From positions 5,718-69,717 of the forward strand of contig JAUWMV010000010.1 in the NCBI GenBank assembly GCA_030613005.1: DNA of 64,000 nt, in the 5' to 3' direction. Positions 58,290 to 64,000 of this stretch are shown one piece after another. The position numbers and the translations under genes were made by a program. Each line of letters begins with the position of its first letter. Within the stretch, counting starts at the first letter, position 1. The DNA comes from a bacterium (GTDB taxonomy: Bacteria; UBP14; UBA6098; B30-G16). The notes beneath the pieces are model-generated. The model was not told the origin of the DNA. It saw only the letters and a list, made by a program, of their open reading frames with translations, and ran no database searches.

Positions 58290-59417
58290 TTAACGCAAGC
58301 ATATTAGCTTGCCTGTCAATGTTGAGATAAAAATTCGTTCGCCATCAGAAGCACAAGCAGAACGAACCCTCTCATCCAATTGCATGATCAGTTTCTTCTT
58401 ACCATTCTCCGCAGAAATCAAAAAAACATCCCCTTTAAATGTTATTGCAACAATTTTTTCCCCAATCCCTATTATATCCGCAACAATAACATCAGACAAA
58501 TCGCTTTCCCAGAATAGTTCCCCTGTTGTGAGTTGGAAAGCATTAATTTTGCCAGATCTCTCACCAATTATTAATAATTTTTTAGTATAAATAGGAGCAA
58601 GCGGCTGTGAATTCAACTTGCAACTCCAAATTTCTGCTCCATCCTCTGAAGAAATGACTTTTATATCCCCCTCATTAGAGTATAGAACTAAACATCCATC
58701 AAATAGCACAATGTATCCCTTTGGCGAAAATGATAAAGGTTTTCTCCATAGGATATTTTTTCTATAAATGCAAAAAATTTCCTGTCCAGCAGCTACCCAA
58801 AAAGTATCGTTGCGCATTGCAGGCTGAGCGTATATCGGTTTTTTAAGCTTAACAATCCAGAGGAACTCATGATTATACGGAATTAATGTATATATTCCGC
58901 CTTTGAGCGTAAAGACTGTTGCGGTATCACCGAATAATATTGGGAATGTATTGCAATCGCCAGCTCGCTCAGAATATATCTTCTTACCGGTTCTAATGTC
59001 AATGAACCTTAAGAAGTTACCTGAACCCATGCCAAAATAAGCCATAAGAGGCGGCTCGAACACAGGTGGATAAATTTGAGGAATATCACTCCAAAAATCG
59101 AAAAGTTTCTTCCCGCTCAGTCTATCAAATCCCAATATCCTTTTGTCCTTTGTTCCAATTGTAACAACACCATCAAAAACAGTTGGAGAGGTTGGGTCGA
59201 CTGCAGCGATATTTCCAGTCCATTCTAACTTAAGTGTGTCACGTAAACAACCTTCTATGAAACCCCAATTTAAGTTGTTTACTCTGGGATTAGACCATAA
59301 TTGGATTTTCTCTTCGGGAATAGGTATAATGATTTTGTTCGAACAACCGTTGAAAAGGAAAAGCAAATAAACGAGAATAGATAAAAAGAAAAATGTCTTA
59401 ATTGTCCTAAAATCCAT
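58290..59417 (-). CDS. PQQ-like beta-propeller lipoprotein (BamB/YfgL-like)
   Basis: Lipobox LFNGC. Repeated W/F-containing blade motifs (LWSNP, IFCIY, ELFWESDL). Confidence 0.6.
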   Translation of the reverse strand: MDFRTIKTFFFLSILVYLLFLFNGCSNKIIIPIPEEKIQLWSNPRVNNLNWGFIEGCLRDTLKLEWTGNIAAVDPTSPTVFDGVVTIGTKDKRILGFDRLSGKKLFDFWSDIPQIYPPVFEPPLMAYFGMGSGNFLRFIDIRTGKKIYSERAGDCNTFPILFGDTATVFTLKGGIYTLIPYNHEFLWIVKLKKPIYAQPAMRNDTFWVAAGQEIFCIYRKNILWRKPLSFSPKGYIVLFDGCLVLYSNEGDIKVISSEDGAEIWSCKLNSQPLAPIYTKKLLIIGERSGKINAFQLTTGELFWESDLSDVIVADIIGIGEKIVAITFKGDVFLISAENGKKKLIMQLDERVRSACASDGERIFISTLTGKLICLR

Positions 59418-59573
59418 AGGCTAAAGATATTCAATATAGAGAGACATAACAAGCGATGAGATATCTAATTAAATAAGAAACAAGAAATCTTTTACTAAAA
59501 GGCTATATCCTTAAATTTTATGTTTCGCAATTCAGAAAATTACAGCGAAAATGATATTTTTCTATTTCTAAAT

Positions 59574-60824
59574 TTAGAATTTATACATACCTCCAAATAA
59601 ATATGTTGTGCCTTTACTGGAACCCATTAATCCGTTCTTAAAGCCAATTTCGAAAATAAAACTCTCATACTTCACCATAGCTCCTGCTTCGAATCCTATC
59701 CCAGCAATCCATTTATTTGCGAAAATCTGATCTGAATCATCCAGTGATATATATCCTAAATCTGCAATAGCACCAGCAACCACCATAAATGGGTCAGCAT
59801 AATATACGTTATATATCGCTTCACCAGATATTCGCATGGTGCTGAAACCCACTACCTCAAATTTTATTGAGTCTACCTTTTCAGGCGGAGTGAATATAGT
59901 ATCAAGGGTAAACACTTTTCTAAAACTTGCCGAACCAAAATGAATATTTCCTCTAAACAACCATGCACTCTTGAAAAATCCACCACTCAAAACAAATTCG
60001 TTAAAGTTATCCGAAAGTTCATCAAGAGTGATCTCATCGGTAAGAGAAACATAGTTTTTACGAGGACGTTTTTTTGCATTAGATTTAATTTTAATTTTTA
60101 CTTCCGCTGTGGAACTGACACCAGTCATAGCTAAACCCACAATATACGGTTTTGAAGTTCGGAATAGCAATTTCTCCTGAGTTCTATCCATTCGCATAGC
60201 CTGAAGCTTACGCTCACTTTCTTCACGTTCGCTCTTCCTTCGTTTCTGACCCGCAATCGAACTTTTAAGTAGTTCCATCTTTCGAATTCCAGACTGCGAA
60301 TTAATAACATATTCTCCATCGGGAAAATCTGTTAGATAAACATTGTAAAGTCTAATAGCTTCATCTGCAACATCCGCTCTGTTGTGCAAATGTGCTTTCT
60401 CAGTGTATAATTCAGCTAAATTGAAGTTATAAGCTCTATCAAGTTTTATTAATTCCCCCCAAGCATCGAGATATTCATATTGATTTTCAAGAGCTCGTTC
60501 GAAATACGATTTTGCAGCTTCCTTTTCACCTTCCATAAGAGCAATTTTCCCTGCCGCGTATCGAAGAAAAGCATTTAAAGGTCTAAGTTCCATCGCTTTT
60601 TCAATCATCTCGTCAGCGACCAGATATTTCCCCTCTTTCGCTGCAGTCCATGCATAATTATACAGATATTCCGGTTCGTTCTGTCGAGTCTCATATTCAC
60701 CCGTAAATTCATGTAGAGTTTTCCCGGGAGTATACGGTATTTCCTCCGTTTTTTTAAATAACTCTGGGAATTGAAAGGAAAAAGATAGAGTGAGAACTGT
60801 AAGCAAAATTATTACAATTCGCAT
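59574..60824 (-). CDS. TPR-repeat protein with C-terminal beta-rich domain ending in aromatic residue (putative outer-membrane beta-barrel)
   Basis: Signal peptide. TPR-like helices in the N-terminal half. C-terminus ...TYLFGGMYKF with terminal Phe typical of OMP beta-barrels. Confidence 0.45.
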   Translation of the reverse strand: MRIVIILLTVLTLSFSFQFPELFKKTEEIPYTPGKTLHEFTGEYETRQNEPEYLYNYAWTAAKEGKYLVADEMIEKAMELRPLNAFLRYAAGKIALMEGEKEAAKSYFERALENQYEYLDAWGELIKLDRAYNFNLAELYTEKAHLHNRADVADEAIRLYNVYLTDFPDGEYVINSQSGIRKMELLKSSIAGQKRRKSEREESERKLQAMRMDRTQEKLLFRTSKPYIVGLAMTGVSSTAEVKIKIKSNAKKRPRKNYVSLTDEITLDELSDNFNEFVLSGGFFKSAWLFRGNIHFGSASFRKVFTLDTIFTPPEKVDSIKFEVVGFSTMRISGEAIYNVYYADPFMVVAGAIADLGYISLDDSDQIFANKWIAGIGFEAGAMVKYESFIFEIGFKNGLMGSSKGTTYLFGGMYKF

Positions 60825-60905
60825 AATTACCTCCTATAAATTGATTAGTAATTTAATAAATAATATAAAAAAATATTTTGCACATCATGTATTCTCAGAT
60901 TCCGG

Positions 60906-61955
60906 TTATTTAGGTTCCAATTCCTCTTCCCTAAAAGTTTTAAGCGGAAGTTCCTCTTCCCAATCTCTCCCGGACTTGTATTCGAAAATCGATTGAACAT
61001 TCTCGGATATCCATTTGAAAATTTGTCCAACGATAATGTCCTCTGGGCAGGCTTCCTCGCAAGCACCACACGCAACACAACTAGTAGCCATATGAGCCAT
61101 TCGTCCTATGTGGAAAAGCATAACATCGGTAGGCGCTCTAAGTCCACCTTTGCGAGAAGCCAGATCAAGGAATACATCACCCTCGAAATCCATTGCGTCC
61201 GACTCGAAAAAGCACTCTTTGCAAATACAAATCGGGCAATTGGTCATACAATTATGGCAATTAATGCAATGAGCAAATGTTTTAAAAATATTATCTGTTC
61301 CGCTGCACTCGGACTTTAAGTTCTCATATAATGCTGTCTTCGCTTTAAGCTTCATATCCATAACAGACTTCAAGCCCTCATCTGGTGCGGACTCAACGAA
61401 TTGAACTCCCAATTTTTCGAGGAAATTTTTCCCAGTCTCAGTTTGTGCAATAATAGGAGTGTCCTTCTCGAAGGTCAGGTAACTGAAATCCGCAGTTTCA
61501 GAGCGTATATAATCACAACTCTTGCATATCTCTCGAAGTTCAAATTTTCCATCCGAAGCTGATTTAATAAATTCCTGCGATTTAGGTATTTCTTTATCTT
61601 TCAAGTCCTTTCTGGCGATTGTTCCATAGCAATCAAACGTTGCATATATAATATTTTTGTTTTGTATTTGAACTAATTTAACTAGTTCGACGACAGCACG
61701 CATCTCGCACGGTTTAAGTATTGCTAATATAGGTTTATTGGGAGGAGCTACTTTGGTAATTCTTTTTATGAAATTAGCACAATTATCAGGGAAATAAGGA
61801 ATCATTGAATCCACATCTTCCAACATCTCCGGATCGGTAATCAATGCATGAACCGCTGCATCGGGAGCAGTTCTCTTAAGTGTAATCACTCCTCCGATAA
61901 TTCCGTCTTTTAGTGCTTTTTTACTAAGTTCTGTCAAAACATCGTTTGTGACCAT
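60906..61955 (-). CDS. FrhB/FdhB-like coenzyme F420 hydrogenase/dehydrogenase beta-subunit family protein with 2x[4Fe-4S] ferredoxin motifs
   Basis: CINCHNCMTNCP and CVACGACEEACP cluster motifs. N-terminal FrhB_N-like region. GGGGAGG Shine-Dalgarno before the ATG at 61955. Confidence 0.6.
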   Translation of the reverse strand: MVTNDVLTELSKKALKDGIIGGVITLKRTAPDAAVHALITDPEMLEDVDSMIPYFPDNCANFIKRITKVAPPNKPILAILKPCEMRAVVELVKLVQIQNKNIIYATFDCYGTIARKDLKDKEIPKSQEFIKSASDGKFELREICKSCDYIRSETADFSYLTFEKDTPIIAQTETGKNFLEKLGVQFVESAPDEGLKSVMDMKLKAKTALYENLKSECSGTDNIFKTFAHCINCHNCMTNCPICICKECFFESDAMDFEGDVFLDLASRKGGLRAPTDVMLFHIGRMAHMATSCVACGACEEACPEDIIVGQIFKWISENVQSIFEYKSGRDWEEELPLKTFREEELEPK

Positions 61956-62061
61956 TTACGCCTCCCCTGATAGGCTTTGATGATAATCGATTTGCGTTAT
62001 ACAGAATTCTTCTATGTCATATCTATAAATTTTATAACTTGAAGCAGTTAACTAAAACAGG

Positions 62062-62487
62062 TTACGATTCCCAGTTCTGACTTAGTTCTGCCACCCCCAT
62101 TTTCCTTAGTTTTTCAGTAAACTCAGTAATCTTCTTAACAAACTTACGACCTTCGCTTGCGCTGATCCACTCTAAATATATTCTCTCCTGCTCCAATCCT
62201 AAGATTTCAAATATTTTCCTGAGTATTGCTATCCTTCGTCGAGCTTTAAAATTGCCTGAAATATAATGACAATCGCCAGGATGACAGCCACCAATTATAA
62301 CGCCATCAGCACCAGAAAGCAATGCCCGTATTACATAGCTTGGATCGACGGAGCCAGAGCACATTACTCTAATAGGTCTAACATTGGCTGGATATTCCAT
62401 TCGTGAAGTGCCTGCCATATCAGCAGCAACGGATGTACACCAATTACAGAAAAAACCAACTATTTTGGGTTCGAAATTATCTGGCAT
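62062..62487 (-). CDS. MvhD/FlpD-like methyl-viologen-reducing hydrogenase delta subunit family protein
   Basis: FFCNWC...C...GCHPGDCHY Cys pattern characteristic of MvhD. AAGGAGG Shine-Dalgarno before the ATG at 62487. Confidence 0.75.
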   Translation of the reverse strand: MPDNFEPKIVGFFCNWCTSVAADMAGTSRMEYPANVRPIRVMCSGSVDPSYVIRALLSGADGVIIGGCHPGDCHYISGNFKARRRIAILRKIFEILGLEQERIYLEWISASEGRKFVKKITEFTEKLRKMGVAELSQNWES

Positions 62488-62655
62488 ATGATGCCTCCTT
62501 TATAAAACATAAAGCGCTTTCTCCCTCAGATAAACCGCTTAATGAGCTTTCCAATCTACTATCCTTTCAGTTAATAGAATTGAAAATATAAACTGTTAAC
62601 AAAAAAGCAAATAGGTTTTATTATTTTCATGAAGCATTTGGAAAACTGGTTAGAT

Positions 62656-62946
62656 TTAATTTATCTCTTCCTTCTCAGGTAAATCTGGTACTTCTTCATG
62701 ACTGACAACAGTCGAATTATCCACAATCTCCGGCATAATAAATCCGGAAAAACTTGTTATGAAAAAATGTAGCAGGTTTGAATTCCTTTTCAACTGCAGT
62801 AATAAGTATCGAAGACATAAGTATGTTAGTAAATACAAGCCAAATACGTTAAATCTTGAATTTCTTTTTCCTCCGGGAACACCAACTGCGAAAGGTATAG
62901 CCGCTATAACAGCCGCGGCAAGTTCCTTGGTAACCATAACCGTCAT
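62656..62946 (-). CDS. Hypothetical small protein (weak)
   Basis: ORF only. Hydrophobic N-terminus. No recognisable motif. Confidence 0.2.
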   Translation of the reverse strand: MTVMVTKELAAAVIAAIPFAVGVPGGKRNSRFNVFGLYLLTYLCLRYLLLQLKRNSNLLHFFITSFSGFIMPEIVDNSTVVSHEEVPDLPEKEEIN

Positions 62947-63019
62947 GAATCATAGTTACTCCGTAGCCATAGAAGCAGATAAACGCTTGCAAAAAAACTG
63001 GCAGCGGACTGCATCTCTT

Positions 63020-64000
63020 TTATTTCAAATATACGATTCGCTTCGTTATTTGTTGCCCATCCGATGTCGTTGCTCGCACGAGATAGACGCCGCTAGAGAT
63101 TGTTTCTTCGGGTTGCCAGATAATAACATCCTGAGTCGATGCAGAAACCCCCTGTCGCTTCGCGACATCCCCTTTATTAAGTGGGACTTCTTCTGGTTTG
63201 CCTCCCTTAATAAGGGAGGTGGCTCCGACATTGTCGGAGTCGGAGGATTTATTCCAAACCAATCTCCCCTGTAAATCATATATCTCCACATTCACATTCG
63301 CACATAGGGCTGAAGCCCCATGTTGACATACCATTATCGCGCATGATGAATTAAACGGGTTTGGAGAAATAGTAAGTTCGAAAGAGATCGGTTTTGACAG
63401 TGGTTCTGTGATGAGATCGGTACATATTACAGTTACGGTTGGATCAACATCGCTTATTGTGGGTGTTACTCCCAATACGGATACAGATGGTATTGTAACA
63501 GTTGGCGACACACTATCAACACTCGGCGTTACATCTGTTATTGTTGGGAAGACTTCTGAACCTATGCATGTATTTCCATCGCTATCGAACTTCACAAGAA
63601 ACAAATCATAGTCACCAACGCCAAAACTATTTGTCATTCCAATTACAATATATTCTCTATTAGGGATTAGGGCAACAGAATGTCCATAATCCTGATCTAT
63701 TCCCCCCACAGTTTTCGCCCATGTTAAATCCCCGGAGGAATTAAATTTGCCAAGAAATAAATCAGAGCTACCGGCGCCAACAGGACTCTCTCCTGTTACG
63801 ATATACCCTCCGTCAAAGGTCTGGGCAACAGAATAGCCAAAACAATGATATCCCCCCCCCACAGTTTTCACCCACGTTAAATCTCCGGAGGAATTAAATT
63901 TGGCAAGAAATAAATCATCGCCACCGCCGCCAAAACTATCTGCCCACCCAGTTACAACATACCCTCCGTCAAAGGTCTGGGCAACAGAATTGCCTCTATC
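63020..64000 (-). CDS. Secreted repeat protein with T9SS C-terminal sorting domain; 5' end beyond window end
   Basis: Frame stays open to coordinate 64000. At least three tandem ~47-aa repeats (...FDGGY[IV]VTG...DLFL[AG]KFNSSGDLTW[AV]KTVGG...). C-terminal SPNPFNSSCAI...GVYLVRAT...IVYLK T9SS CTD. The apparent GTG start at 63871 is only the first start codon inside the window. Confidence 0.6.
   Translation of the reverse strand, partial: DRGNSVAQTFDGGYVVTGWADSFGGGGDDLFLAKFNSSGDLTWVKTVGGGYHCFGYSVAQTFDGGYIVTGESPVGAGSSDLFLGKFNSSGDLTWAKTVGGIDQDYGHSVALIPNREYIVIGMTNSFGVGDYDLFLVKFDSDGNTCIGSEVFPTITDVTPSVDSVSPTVTIPSVSVLGVTPTISDVDPTVTVICTDLITEPLSKPISFELTISPNPFNSSCAIMVCQHGASALCANVNVEIYDLQGRLVWNKSSDSDNVGATSLIKGGKPEEVPLNKGDVAKRQGVSASTQDVIIWQPEETISSGVYLVRATTSDGQQITKRIVYLK
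63852..63860 (-). repeat. G9 homopolymer (C9 on plus strand) inside the coding sequence of the 63020..64000 gene. Paralogous repeat copy has G6 (63702..63707)
   Basis: Read directly. Currently in frame, encoding VGGGY vs VGGI in the other copy. Confidence 0.9.

Noticed and set aside
62759-63274. 171-aa plus-strand ORF overlapping the T9SS repeat-protein gene
   Set aside because: It overlaps the 3' part of a well-supported minus-strand gene that has a clear T9SS CTD, and has no Shine-Dalgarno or motifs.

Overview
This 64-kb window is AT-rich chromosome (roughly high-30s %GC by eye) from a Shine-Dalgarno-using, probably anaerobic, T9SS-encoding bacterium, plausibly a non-Bacteroidetes FCB-group or candidate-phylum lineage. 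Most of it is housekeeping. It carries rplM-rpsI, rpsB-tsf-pyrH, rimP-nusA-infB-DUF503-rbfA-nrnA, alaS, accC, ahcY, nusB, ddl-ssb-rnpA-rpe, nadC, purE, hpf, tldD/tldE, and tRNA-Cys and tRNA-Gly. At least four genes encode secreted proteins with a T9SS C-terminal sorting domain. A fifth long secreted protein (1..2024, minus) runs off the window and is therefore missing from the ORF track. The most unusual locus is a ~2.2-kb AT-rich islet at 34.2-36.4 kb. It is transcribed opposite to its neighbours, carries four small, mostly membrane-protein ORFs, and each ORF module is followed at its 3' side by a copy of an ~85-bp hairpin-containing repeat. It sits right after an orphan V-type ATPase C+F gene pair and before rimP. 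Other items worth follow-up are a lipoprotein-type Memo-AMMECR1 (AmmeMemoRadiSam B+A) fusion with no radical-SAM partner, an MvhD plus FrhB-like pair with no hydrogenase or Hdr partner, a G9 homopolymer inside a tandem-repeat T9SS cargo gene, an S2 protein with a ~150-aa Lys/Glu-rich tail, a solitary mreC, and several orphan signalling and transport genes. I found no rRNA, CRISPR array, transposase or integrase gene, or prophage block.
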